DNA of 64,000 nt from an uncultured Candidatus Rokubacteria bacterium (GTDB taxonomy: Bacteria; Methylomirabilota; Methylomirabilia; Rokubacteriales; DASRDR01): NCBI GenBank assembly GCA_963708025.1, contig CAVPSB010000012.1:160001-224000 (forward strand), in the 5' to 3' direction. Each line of letters starts with the position of its first letter. Position 1 is the stretch's first letter. A model generated the notes under the pieces. It made no database searches, had not been told where the DNA came from, and saw nothing but the letters and a program-made list of their open reading frames with translations. Positions 10,746-20,397 of the stretch are shown one piece after another. Made by a program: the position numbers and the translations under genes.

Positions 10746-11207
10746 ATGGCGAAGGTGCTCCTCATCGACGCCGACTGGGAGAACCTGGTCGCGCTGCAGA
10801 AGGCCCTGGCGGTCGCCGGCTACGAGGTCGCGGTAGCGCTTTCCGGTTCCTTCGCACTGACCATGCTCGAATGGGACCGTCCGGATGTCATCGTCAGCCT
10901 GGCCGAGAACCAGGACATGGACGCCTACGAGCTGTGCTCGATCATCCGCGCCGACCCGACCACCAAGGGCATTCCGTTTCTCCTGCTGACGGGTGAGACC
11001 GCGCCGCTTCCCGGCGCGGCGGCCCGGGCGGGTGTCAGTCGGGTCATCGCCGGCAAGTTCAACGTCTCGACCCTCGTCTCTCAGGTCGGCGAGCTGTTGA
11101 GCGGGAAGATCGGGGCGACGTCCTCGCCGGCAATTCCCGCGCCCCCGGCGTCACCGGTGTCGCCAGCGTCGAAGATCAACCCGGCCGAGCGTTCGAACGT
11201 CAACTGA
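10746..11207 (+). CDS. Atypical (pseudo-)receiver domain protein
   Basis: Receiver fold (KVLLID...PDVIVS...IPFLLLT) lacking the phosphoacceptor Asp; AGGAGG RBS upstream. Confidence 0.8.
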   Translation: MAKVLLIDADWENLVALQKALAVAGYEVAVALSGSFALTMLEWDRPDVIVSLAENQDMDAYELCSIIRADPTTKGIPFLLLTGETAPLPGAAARAGVSRVIAGKFNVSTLVSQVGELLSGKIGATSSPAIPAPPASPVSPASKINPAERSNVN

Positions 11208-11219
11208 CGGGGTGGCTTC

Positions 11220-11322
11220 AGTGCCGTTCCAACGACACGAGCCAAAATGGGCAAGCGATTCTTGAAGCACGGGCTCGCCGCATTCCTCGAAAGCACTAGC
11301 TGGAACAAGTTGGAACGGCACT
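11220..11322. repeat. MITE/REP-like element with 14-bp terminal inverted repeats
   Basis: AGTGCCGTTCCAAC (11220-11233) and its exact reverse complement GTTGGAACGGCACT (11309-11322) flank a more AT-rich core. Confidence 0.7.
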
Positions 11323-11342
11323 AGCCTGGAGGTCAGCGGGAA

Positions 11343-12201
11343 ATGCCGAAGGTCCTGGTCGTCGACGACAGCCTGAGCGTTCGCAAGGTCGTCGAGCGAG
11401 CCCTGGAAGCCCGGAGCATCCAGGTCCTCACGGCGGCGTCCGGCGCCGAAGCGATCACCCGCATCGAGCGCGAGGCCCCGGATCTCGTGATCTGCGACGT
11501 CATCATGCCCGACAAGGACGGCTACGAGATCTGCGCGTTCGTCAAGAGCCACCCGGACCTCTCGAGGATCCCCGTGCTCCTCATCTCCGGCATCGTGAAC
11601 GGGACGGTCCTGGAGCGGGCCGCCAAGGTCCAGTCGGACGACGTGATGCGGAAGCCGTTCGCGGCCGAGGAGCTGGTGCGCAAGATCGACAACTTTCTCT
11701 CGCCGGGCGGGCCGACGACGCCGCTCCTGGCGGCGGCGACCGGAACGGTCGGGCGGACCGACTTGCCGACGCCGTCCCTGTCGTCGCTGACCGGACTCCC
11801 GACCCGGGCCCAGGACCCGGTGCCGGAGGCGAGCCCTTCGCCGGCGGCGCCGGACCTCAAGGCCGTCCTCGGCCAGTTCGCGGGCGTGTCCGGGGTGGTG
11901 GTGGCCGCGCTGGTGGACCGGGAAGGCTTCCTCATCGAGTTCGACCGGCGAGGCGAGGGACGAGGTCCACGTGGCCTGGGCCCTGGCCGCCTCGGTGGCG
12001 CAGTCGGCCGCGGGCACGGGTCAGGAGCTGAACCAGGGAGTGCTCCAGGCGATGATCCTCGAGTACGAGGGCGGGATCATCCTCCTGCACACGGTCGGGA
12101 GCGCGGCCATGCTCGCCGTGGTGCTGAACGACCCGACGATCCTCGGCAAGGTTCGCTACAACGTGAAGCGGGCGCTGCCCGACCTGCTCCGATCGATGTG
12201 A
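11343..12201 (+). CDS. Receiver-Pro-rich linker-Roadblock/LC7 (MglB-like) fusion; frameshift near 11940
   Basis: Intact receiver (VVDDS, ICDVIMP, KPF). GVVVAALVDREGFLIE continues after a 1-nt shift as STGEARDEVHVAWALAASV...LQAMILEYEGGIILL...LGKVRYNVKRA, a Roadblock pattern. Confidence 0.8.
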
Positions 12202-12217
12202 CGGGCGGCGGCCGGGC

Positions 12218-14245
12218 ATGACCAGCCTGTGGCGGCCGGCAGCGTGGCTCCTCGCGCAGGGCGGGGTCCTGCTCTACCTCTGGGCACCGTCGCTGCTGCC
12301 CGGCCGGACGCCGGGTCAGCTGAGCGGGGTCGAGGCCTGGGCGCCGCTCGTGGTTCCCCCGCTCCTGTACGCCCTGCTCGTCCTCTGCGTGCCGCACTCC
12401 TCGGCCCTCCGGCGGCTCGCCGGGATGCTCGTGCTCCTGGGCCTCCACGCCGGACTGGGGTTCGCGACGGCGGCCGCCTACGCGGTGGCGCGGCTGGGGC
12501 CGGCTCCGGGTCCCCTCGACCCCGCGCCCTGGGCGTTCCCCCTGGTTCCGGTCATGCAGCTCCTGTCGGTGCCCCTGGTCGCCCTTCCGCTCCGTCTGTT
12601 CCTGGTCCGGCCCGACGAGGGCGATGCCGCTCACCGCCCGGTGGCGCCCGTCGGCGTGGCCGCCACGCCGACACCGGTACGCCGGGAACGGGGCTGGGAC
12701 GAGACCGATCTCCACACGGTCGGGGGGGAGCGGTTCCGCGAGGACGATGCCCTGTCACCAGGCTCACCGGACCGGCGCCTCGTGCGACGGGAGCCGACGC
12801 GCCCGCTCCCGGTGCGGGTGGAGCCGGCGGTCGGTTTCCCGCCGAGTCGGTCCACCGAGACGCCAACCCGTCCCACGTGGCCACCGAGAGCCCCGGTTCC
12901 GGCGCTGCTCGACGTGGTGGCCCCCCGGGAGCCGGAGGTCGCGACGCCGCCAGTCGCGATCCTCCCGCTGCCACCGGCGCCACCCACGTCCGAGGTCACA
13001 CCCGTGCCTCGAGTCGAGCCCACGTCCCCGGGGGCGCCGGTGTCGGCCGCGCCGCTGGCGCCGGCGGACGTCTCTCGGATCGATGAGTCGGTCGCCCCGC
13101 CGGCGGGACGCGACCCGCTCACGCCGACGCCCGTCGAGGCGAGGCCTGAGCGTCCCGAGGCGGCCGGAAGGGTCGCGGCACCGCTGTCCATCGACGATGA
13201 CGTGCTGGCGATCGTCGCCGCGCCGCCGGAGACGGTCGTGGCGCCGCCGGTGACCGTCCCGCAACGACCGACCGAGGACGCCCGCCCGGTCGTGACGACC
13301 ACGCCGGTCACGAACGCGGCTCGAGTGGAAGCGCCGGTCCAGGCCGCGATCGAAGCACCGCCCCGGGCCGGGGCCGAAGCCCCCGTCGAGCCGGCGCCCT
13401 GGGTCGAGCCGGCAGCCGCCGGCGACTCTGCGATGGCGGCGCCACCGGTGGTGCCCGTCGAGGACATCGCCCGGACCCTTGCCGGAGCGGGGCCGCTCGA
13501 GGTCGACACCCACGCGGTGATGGGGATCGTGGTCTACACGGCCTGCTCCCCGCAGCTGGCGGAGGATGCGGTGGTGCGGGCCGCGTTCCGGTTCCTCTCC
13601 TTCCTGGCGGAGAGCCCGGGCGGCGAGGCCGTGACCCAGACCACGGTCCGGGGGGCAGCCGGCGCCATGGTGCTGACTCCCCTCGGCCCGCTCGGCGCTG
13701 GCGGTCCCGTGCTGGCCGCGGCCATTCCCCAGCGGGGCGCGCTGGCGCTCCTCGAGATCCTCTCCCTGCGCGTGGCGGCCGAGTACCGGGCGAGCGAGCC
13801 GGGCTCGACGAGCCCCGCGACCGGGTCCACCCCGGCGCCGGCCTCCCCGGCCGGACTCGGCGAGGCGCCGCTTCCGCCGCGCCTGGAGGGGCTGGCCCGC
13901 TCGCTCACGGCGTACGGGCCGCTGCAACCGCTCGGCCTCACGGATCAGACCGGCCGGCTCCTGCTCTACGTCCTGGCCGGCCCCGGGGTCGACGCGCATG
14001 GCGTCGGCCGTTTCGCGGCGGACCTCTACCGGGTCATGGAGATCGACGGCGATCCCGGTGGGGTGGGGCCGTTCCAGTCGGTGGTGGTGCGGCTCGGCGA
14101 CCAGCGGGTTGTGGTGCGCCCGGTCGCCGAGGCTCCCGGACATTCCACGGTCCTGGTGGCAGCCGGGCCCGCGAGCGACCGGCCCGGGCTCGTCCAGCTC
14201 CAGATCGAGCGCGCCGCCGCCCGTCTGGCCGCGCCGCCGGGGTGA
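12218..14245 (+). CDS. Hypothetical membrane protein: 4 N-terminal TM, long Pro/Ala-rich linker, two C-terminal Roadblock-like repeats
   Basis: Hydrophobic N-terminus, ~280 aa Pro-rich region, and two similar C-terminal segments (VTQTTVRGAAGAMVLTP / FQSVVVRLGDQRVVVRP). Confidence 0.7.
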   Translation: MTSLWRPAAWLLAQGGVLLYLWAPSLLPGRTPGQLSGVEAWAPLVVPPLLYALLVLCVPHSSALRRLAGMLVLLGLHAGLGFATAAAYAVARLGPAPGPLDPAPWAFPLVPVMQLLSVPLVALPLRLFLVRPDEGDAAHRPVAPVGVAATPTPVRRERGWDETDLHTVGGERFREDDALSPGSPDRRLVRREPTRPLPVRVEPAVGFPPSRSTETPTRPTWPPRAPVPALLDVVAPREPEVATPPVAILPLPPAPPTSEVTPVPRVEPTSPGAPVSAAPLAPADVSRIDESVAPPAGRDPLTPTPVEARPERPEAAGRVAAPLSIDDDVLAIVAAPPETVVAPPVTVPQRPTEDARPVVTTTPVTNAARVEAPVQAAIEAPPRAGAEAPVEPAPWVEPAAAGDSAMAAPPVVPVEDIARTLAGAGPLEVDTHAVMGIVVYTACSPQLAEDAVVRAAFRFLSFLAESPGGEAVTQTTVRGAAGAMVLTPLGPLGAGGPVLAAAIPQRGALALLEILSLRVAAEYRASEPGSTSPATGSTPAPASPAGLGEAPLPPRLEGLARSLTAYGPLQPLGLTDQTGRLLLYVLAGPGVDAHGVGRFAADLYRVMEIDGDPGGVGPFQSVVVRLGDQRVVVRPVAEAPGHSTVLVAAGPASDRPGLVQLQIERAAARLAAPPG

Positions 14246-14268
14246 CCGCCATGCGCCTGCGCGGCTCG

Positions 14269-14297
14269 TTGACCCTGGTCGCCGGTCTGGATAGACT
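14269..14297 (+). promoter_or_regulatory. Sigma-70-like promoter, probably giving a leaderless mRNA
   Basis: TTGACC-N17-TAGACT, followed by 7 nt and the ATG at 14305. Confidence 0.6.
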
Positions 14298-14304
14298 GGC
14301 CGCG

Positions 14305-14691
14305 ATGCCAGCGCCGCGCATCGTCGTCGTCGAGGATGAGGCCGAGGTGCGCGCGCTCCTGGTGGAGGCGCTCGAGGTCGCGGGCTACTCCGTCCGGGGC
14401 TTCGCGATCGGCGCCGAGGCGCTGGCCGAGCTCGGCGGCGTGGCACCCGATCTGATCCTCCTCGACATGATGATGCCGGGGATGGACGGCTACGAGTTCC
14501 TGGCTCGGCTCCGCACGGACCCCGGAACGAGGCCGATTCCGCTGCTGATCGTCTCCGCGGTCGGCGAGTCGCTGGCGATGTCGCTCGACGACCGCGGCGC
14601 CCGGACGCTCGGGGTGGCCGGCGTTCTGACCAAGCCGCTCGACCTGGCGAATCTCCTGGAGCACGTCAAGCGCATCGTCGGCCCTGCTTAG
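14305..14691 (+). CDS. Single-domain response regulator
   Basis: VVEDE, LLDMMMPGMDG, IVSA and TKPLD motifs. Confidence 0.9.
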   Translation: MPAPRIVVVEDEAEVRALLVEALEVAGYSVRGFAIGAEALAELGGVAPDLILLDMMMPGMDGYEFLARLRTDPGTRPIPLLIVSAVGESLAMSLDDRGARTLGVAGVLTKPLDLANLLEHVKRIVGPA

Positions 14692-14799
14692 GGCGGGGCC
14701 GATGAGCGTCGCAACGTTCATCTCGGTCGCGACGCGCTCGGCCTGCGTCGATCGGACAGCCTTCGGCCTGGGGGCGCTGCTCGCTCCTCGGCCCCGCCC
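14691..14799. repeat. Dispersed structured repeat family B, degenerate copy
   Basis: Terminal IR GGGCGGGGCCGA...TCGGCCCCGCCC. Shares GGGGCCGATGAGC and GCGCTGCTCGCTCCTCGGCCCCGC with the reverse complement of 31159-31280. Confidence 0.6.
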
Positions 14800-14853
14800 G
14801 GCCAAGGGCCGCGGGTACCCGCGTCGGCCCGCCTCCCAGAAGGGGGACTACCG

Positions 14854-16029
14854 TCAGGGGGTGACGTGGAGGACGAGGCGCGCCGTCGGCGAGCCGTCGT
14901 CACCGAACCAGCGCTCCCCCTCCCGAACCAGGTCGAGCTCGACCAGGAACGCACCGGGCTCGACGGGCGCCCGGAGCGTGAGCGTCATCGCCGCCCTCCC
15001 TCCAGGGCCGACGTCGTGGGGGAGAGGGCTCCGGGCGAGGTCCCGATCCAGGACCCGTCCGTCCGGGTCGAGCAGGTGGGCACCGAGCAGGACCGCCCCC
15101 GGCCCCGTCCCGGCGTTCCACGCGGTCGTGCCGAAGTTCTCCACGCGGAGGGTGAGCGAGGCGCTGGTCCCCGGCGTCACGTCGAGGAAGCGACGGTCGA
15201 GCACGATCCGGGCCCGGTCGGTGTCGCCGGGACCGGCGGTGCCGTCGGGCCGGATGGCCACGACGAAGAGGGTGCCGCCGAGGTGCGGCAGGCGGTTCAG
15301 CAGCGAGGCGACCCACGCTCCCGCGCCCCGGCCACCGTCGGCCCGGGTCGGTGTCCAGGTGTGCAGCCGGCTCATCTGGAGGCCCACCGCCTCGAGAAGG
15401 CACGCCACCTCGTCCGGCGCATACTCCCGCCGGTGGACCCACTCGTTCATCCGGAAGGTCCGCCCGATCCCGAACAGGTGGGTCTGAGGCGACCACCCGC
15501 CGAGCGCGCGCAAGCGGCCGCGGAGGTCCACGACGTTGGGGGTCGTGAGATACAGCGCGCCCCCTGGCCGCAGGACGCGCCGGCACTCGGAGAGGAACAG
15601 GGCGGGATTCGCCAGGTGCTCCAGGATCTCGGTGGCGAGGACCCGACCGAAGCTGGCATCGGCGTACGGCAGGGGCTCCCGCTCCAGGTCCACGTCCGCG
15701 ACCGGGATGCCGCGCTCGGCCATCCACCGGCAGAAGGCAGGCGGCACGAAGCGACCCACGCCCGCGATCTCCACCCGGTCCAGGCCAGCGAGCGCGAGCG
15801 TCAGGTGCCCGGGGTAGACGCCGGCGTCCAGCAGCGGGCCCCGTGGCCCGGGGCCGGCCTCGAGCCACGCCAGCGTGTGCACGTACCGGCCGATGTTCTC
15901 GAGGCCGTAGCCCTCCTCGCCGGGCGGCCCCCCGGTGACGACCTGCTCCACGATGCGCCGCAGCTCGCGCCGAGCCGGTCCTCCGCTCACCGCGCCGTCC
16001 CCCCCCGACGCGGCCGGTAACACCACCAC
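14854..16029 (-). CDS. Class I SAM-dependent methyltransferase with a C-terminal Ig-like domain
   Basis: LLDAGVYPG, TEILEHL, RVLRPGGALYLTTPN; C-terminal VENFGTTAW...LGAHLLD...ELDLVREGERWF. Confidence 0.8.
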   Translation of the reverse strand: MVVLPAASGGDGAVSGGPARRELRRIVEQVVTGGPPGEEGYGLENIGRYVHTLAWLEAGPGPRGPLLDAGVYPGHLTLALAGLDRVEIAGVGRFVPPAFCRWMAERGIPVADVDLEREPLPYADASFGRVLATEILEHLANPALFLSECRRVLRPGGALYLTTPNVVDLRGRLRALGGWSPQTHLFGIGRTFRMNEWVHRREYAPDEVACLLEAVGLQMSRLHTWTPTRADGGRGAGAWVASLLNRLPHLGGTLFVVAIRPDGTAGPGDTDRARIVLDRRFLDVTPGTSASLTLRVENFGTTAWNAGTGPGAVLLGAHLLDPDGRVLDRDLARSPLPHDVGPGGRAAMTLTLRAPVEPGAFLVELDLVREGERWFGDDGSPTARLVLHVTP

Positions 16030-16337
16030 TCCAGGTTCATCCGTGGGCTCCTCCCGCCCGGGCCTGCCTCGCCAGTCCCGGGCCCAGGCTCCGACTACGC
16101 TAGCAGAACCGCCCCGGCCGTGCTCGGGCTGCGTGACTCCGGGACCAGCGCCTTGCGGAGCGCCGGTGGCTCGCCCGTGTGGTACCGTGAGCGGTCGAGG
16201 GATCGCGTGAGGAGACCTCGTGCGAGGGGTCTGGTTCCAGTCGTCGCGGAAGGCCTGGGGCTTCTCCTCGCGTTCGCCGCCGGCGAGCTGGTGGTCTGCC
16301 CGGCGGCGAGGCCGGTCCCGGGAAGGGAAGCGAGCGC

Positions 16338-17144
16338 GTGAGAGTCCAGCGATCCGTCACCGAAGTCCTCTCCAAGGTTCGCTTCAAGAGTGTCGTGCAG
16401 ACGCTGCGGCTCGTCCGGGACGTGGAGCAGCCGCTCCACGAGCTCGGGCTCTTCCTCGGCATCGGCCGGGCTCCGGATCACCGTCGGATCCGGCTCCGCA
16501 ACGGGTACCAGATCCACATCGACTCCGTCAACGAGTTCCGGCAGTCCTTCTGGGATTGCTGGGTGCGTGAGCCCTACCGCGTGCTCGCGTCGGACGAGCT
16601 GATCATCGATGCCGGCGCCAACATCGGCTGCTTCTCGATCTACGCGGTGAGCAAGTCGCTCCGGGGACACGTCTTCGCGCTCGAGCCGTCGTCACGGAAC
16701 TTTCAACGTCTCGTGGACAACATCCAGCTCAACCGGCTCGATCGTCGGATCACCGCGCTGCCGGTGGGCGTGGCTGGCCGGAGCGGAACGCAGGAGCTGG
16801 ACGTCAGCCACGCCAGCCCTTACCACTCCGTGTACACGGAAGTCGGGCCCTACCGGGAAACGATCCGCGTGCTGTCGCTCTCCGCCCTGCTCGGGGAGAT
16901 CGGCAGTCCCGAGCGGGTCGATCTGTTGAAGATGGACTGCGAAGGGGGCGAGATGGAATGTCTCCTGGAGTCCTCCCCCGGGGACCTCGGCCGCATTCGC
17001 CGGATCGCCGTCGAGTACCACGAGTGGGCCGGCTACAGCTTCCCGTCGCTGGTCGAGCGCCTGCGGGCGAGCGGCTTCACCATGCGGTCGCACGTGCGGT
17101 GCGAGAAGGACCGGACGGGCGTGGTGGAGTTCGTCGGCCGGTGA
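16338..17144 (+). CDS. FkbM family methyltransferase
   Basis: IIDAGANIGCFS, ALEP, DLLKMDCEGGE and VEYH motifs. Confidence 0.9.
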   Translation: MRVQRSVTEVLSKVRFKSVVQTLRLVRDVEQPLHELGLFLGIGRAPDHRRIRLRNGYQIHIDSVNEFRQSFWDCWVREPYRVLASDELIIDAGANIGCFSIYAVSKSLRGHVFALEPSSRNFQRLVDNIQLNRLDRRITALPVGVAGRSGTQELDVSHASPYHSVYTEVGPYRETIRVLSLSALLGEIGSPERVDLLKMDCEGGEMECLLESSPGDLGRIRRIAVEYHEWAGYSFPSLVERLRASGFTMRSHVRCEKDRTGVVEFVGR

Positions 17145-19545
17145 AGGACGGGTCCGCCCCCCCGGTCTCGAAGCGGTCCGGCTCCGCCTCCCGGCGCGCG
17201 TACGGCGCGCTCCTGCTCGGGCTCGGCCTGATCGTCGTCATCGCCCCGTTCGGCGCGGGCGGGTGGGCCGTCTCCATCCTGGGCCTCGTCGTGATCGTGG
17301 CCGGGGCGACCGAGGTCGTCCGGGGACTGCGCGCGTCGTCGCCCGACTCGACGTGGGTGACCTACCTGACGGGCGTCCTGATGATCCTGGGCGGGCTGCT
17401 GCTGGTCGCGCGACCCGTGATGGTGATCGGCGGGCTGCTGGCGCTCCTGGCGCTCATCCTGTCGGTCAACGGCCTCGCGAAGGTCGTCAGCGCCTTCCGG
17501 GACCGGGCCGGCGCGGCGCGCTGGTGGACGCTCTTCAGCGGCGTCGTCAATCTCCTGCTGGCGCTCCTCGTCTGGCGGCAGGGCGCCACCACCGGGGCGG
17601 TGGTGCTCGGCCTGAGCCTCGGCTTCTACGTCATGTCCACCGGGTGGACGGCGCTCCTGGCGCCCGACGAAGACGTCGAGGATCGTCGAGGGGCCAGGGG
17701 GCCAGCGAGCACCCGGACGAGCGGCTCGGTCTGCCCGCGCATGCGGAGCTCGGCCGGCTGCGGATCGCCGCCGTCGAGGGCGAGGTGGCCGCGCTGCCGG
17801 TCAACCGGTTCTGGATCGTCGTCCTGATCGTGGTGTTCTTCGCCATCCACGCCGGACGCCTGCAGTCGGACTGGACGTGGCTGGGCCTGATCTCGCCGGC
17901 GGTCGCCGTCGCCGGTGACGTGCTCTCGGCGCTGCTGGTGGCGGTGCTGTTGCTGCCGGTCTGGCTGAGCTGGCGCGCGCTCACCCGGCCGATCGAGCGC
18001 CGCGCCTGGGCGCGCCGCCTCTCGGGCCAGGCGGAGGCCCACGGCCTCGAGCTCGGCGAGCGCGCCGTCAACTGGTGACTCGACAGCCGACTCCGTTGGG
18101 GCGTGCGGCTGCGGCTGGCCCGCGGGTCGCTCCGCACGGCCCTCCAGCAGTGGCTCCGGACCGGCCTCCCCATCGTGGCGGTGGTGGTGGCCATCAACCC
18201 CATCTGGGGCTTCAGCTGGTACTTCAACACGGAGAACTGGGCGAGCGGCTTCTGGGAGCGGGTCACCGAGGCCCGGACCGACCACTGGCGCGAGGCCATG
18301 ATCGCGGCGGTGGAGCGCGCGGTGGTGCCGACCGGTGTGCCCCGGGCGGCCCTGTTCGAGGTGCGGCCGGACGGCGTCGGCGACGCCACGGATTTCAGCT
18401 TCGTCGTCATCGGCGATCCGGGCGAGGGCGACTCGTCCCAGGCGTCGCTGCGCGACCGCTACCTGGACCTCGGCCGGCGCCCCGACGTCAGGTTCCTCGT
18501 CGTGGCGTCCGACGTGATCTATCCCGGCGGCGCGATGCGCGACTACGAGTTCAACTTCTACCTGCCGTTCAAGGGCTTCCAGAAGCCGATCTACGCGATT
18601 CCCGGCAACCACGACTGGTTCAGCGCGCTGGACGGCTTCGCCGCCAACCTCATGGAGCCGGTGGCCGCCCGGGCGGCGATGGACGCCCGCGAGCAGTTGA
18701 CCGCGCTGGTCACCCCGCCGGACCGGAAGGGCGTCGCCAGCGCGGTGGCCGAGGCGGCGCGGCTGCGCGCGGAATACGGGGTCCGGACCGCCGAGCAGCG
18801 GGCCCCGTTCTTCGAAGTCCACGGGCGGGAGTTCTCCCTGATCGCCGTCGACACCGGCATCTTGCGCCGGATCGACCCCTCCCAGGCCGCGTGGCTCGAG
18901 GGCGCCCTGTCCCGGGCGCGTGACCGGTTCACGATGGTGATTCTCGGCCACCCGCTCTACGCCGGCGGCGCCTACCAGGGGTTCGACGAGGCGTTCGGCC
19001 GGATCCACGGTCTCCTGCGGCAGTACCGGGTCCCGGTCGTCATGGCCGGGGACACGCACGACTTCGAGTACTACCGGGAGCGGTACGACAGCCCCGGAGG
19101 CCCACGACTGATGCATCACTTCGTCAACGGCGGGGGCGGCGCCTATCTCAGCATCGGGACCGCCCTCGACTGGCCGCCGACACCACCAGTCCCGGACTGG
19201 GCCTTCTACCCGGCCACGGACGCCGTCCGCGCGAAGCTCGAGAGCGAGACCAGCCGGTGGAAGTGGCCGGTGTGGTGGTGGATCAAGCGCTTCAACGCCT
19301 GGCCGGCCTCGGTCGAGGCGCTGTCGGGGGCGTTCGACTTCAACCGCGCCCCGTTCTTCCAGAGCTTCGTGGAAGTCCGCGTGGAGGGCTCCGCACGGCG
19401 GGTGCGCTTGATCCTCCATGGCGTCGGGGGCCCGCTTCGCTGGCGCGACCTGCAGACCGGCGGCGCCGCCCGTTCGAACGGGGCGGGGCCGGACGACGCG
19501 GCCGAGTGGATCCTGCCGATGGAGGCCGCCGCGTCGGGGAAATGA
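17141..19545 (+). pseudogene. HdeD/DUF308-TM-calcineurin-like metallophosphoesterase fusion, interrupted by a frameshift (~17690) and an in-frame TGA (18076-18078)
   Basis: HdeD-like hydrophobic N-terminus from GTG 17141. The frame after the TGA (LDSRLRWGVRL) runs straight into GDPGEG, SDVIY, PGNHDW, GHPLY and AGDTH motifs. May be intact in vivo if these are assembly errors. Confidence 0.7.
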
Positions 19546-19699
19546 CTCCCCGGGGGTGTTCGGGCACCGGCCGACCCAGGCGTGCCGCCCACGATGCGAT
19601 TCGAGCCGGGAGCTGAGCTATACTGCGCACCACTTCCTCCAGCCCCCCTCCTCCCGGTGGGTGGGGGAGGGGGCTGGAGGCCCCGAATGGAGGTGAAGC

Positions 19700-20374
19700 A
19701 TGAACTCCGACGGTATCGGCGTGGTGGTGATCGGTCAGTCGCCGCGGCCCGACATCGAGGCGGAGCTGCGCGAGGTGCTGGGGAATCGGGTGCCGATCCG
19801 GCTGGTGGGCGCCCTCGACGGGCTGAGCCGGGCGGAGATCGACCGGCTCCGGCCGAGCGGCTCGCACGACGCGCTCTTCACCAACCTGCCGGACGGCTCC
19901 GGCGTCGTCATCAGCAAGGCCGAGGTGACCAAGCGGTCCCAGGCCCGGCTCGACTGGCTGGCCGAGCAGGGGATCGACGTGACGCTCATGAACTGCACCG
20001 GCGTCTTCGAGGGGCTCGTGCCCCGCGGCCACCTGGTCTTCCCGTCGGCGGTGCTGACCGGCCTGGTGCTGGGACTGCTGCCGCGAGGGCGACTCGGCGT
20101 GTTCATGCCGATCGCCGAGCAGGAGGCCGCGATGAAGGACAAGTGGAGCCAGGGCGAGTGGGAGGTCTCGGCGCTCCCCCTGCGACCCCGGACCGAGGGC
20201 GCGGAGCTCGACGCCGCGGCTCGCGAGATGGCGCGGGGACGCCCCGACCTGGTCGTGCTCGACTGCATGGGCTACGGGCAGGCGATGAAGCGCCGCGTTC
20301 GGGAGGTCACGGGGCTCCGCGCGGTGCTGGCCATCTCGGCCGCCGCCCGGGCCCTGCAGGAGCTGATCGCCTGA
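19700..20374 (+). CDS. aroM: AroM family protein
   Basis: IGQSPRPDI, GALDGLS, NCTG and VVLDCMGY motifs; GGAGG RBS. Confidence 0.88.
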   Translation: MNSDGIGVVVIGQSPRPDIEAELREVLGNRVPIRLVGALDGLSRAEIDRLRPSGSHDALFTNLPDGSGVVISKAEVTKRSQARLDWLAEQGIDVTLMNCTGVFEGLVPRGHLVFPSAVLTGLVLGLLPRGRLGVFMPIAEQEAAMKDKWSQGEWEVSALPLRPRTEGAELDAAAREMARGRPDLVVLDCMGYGQAMKRRVREVTGLRAVLAISAAARALQELIA

Positions 20375-20397
20375 TGGGCTCGTGAGCGAATCGCGCC

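Noticed and set aside
16207-16341. Small ORF upstream of the FkbM gene (..GLGLLLAFAAGELVV..)
   Set aside because: It resembles a membrane-anchor remnant but is too short to support as a gene.
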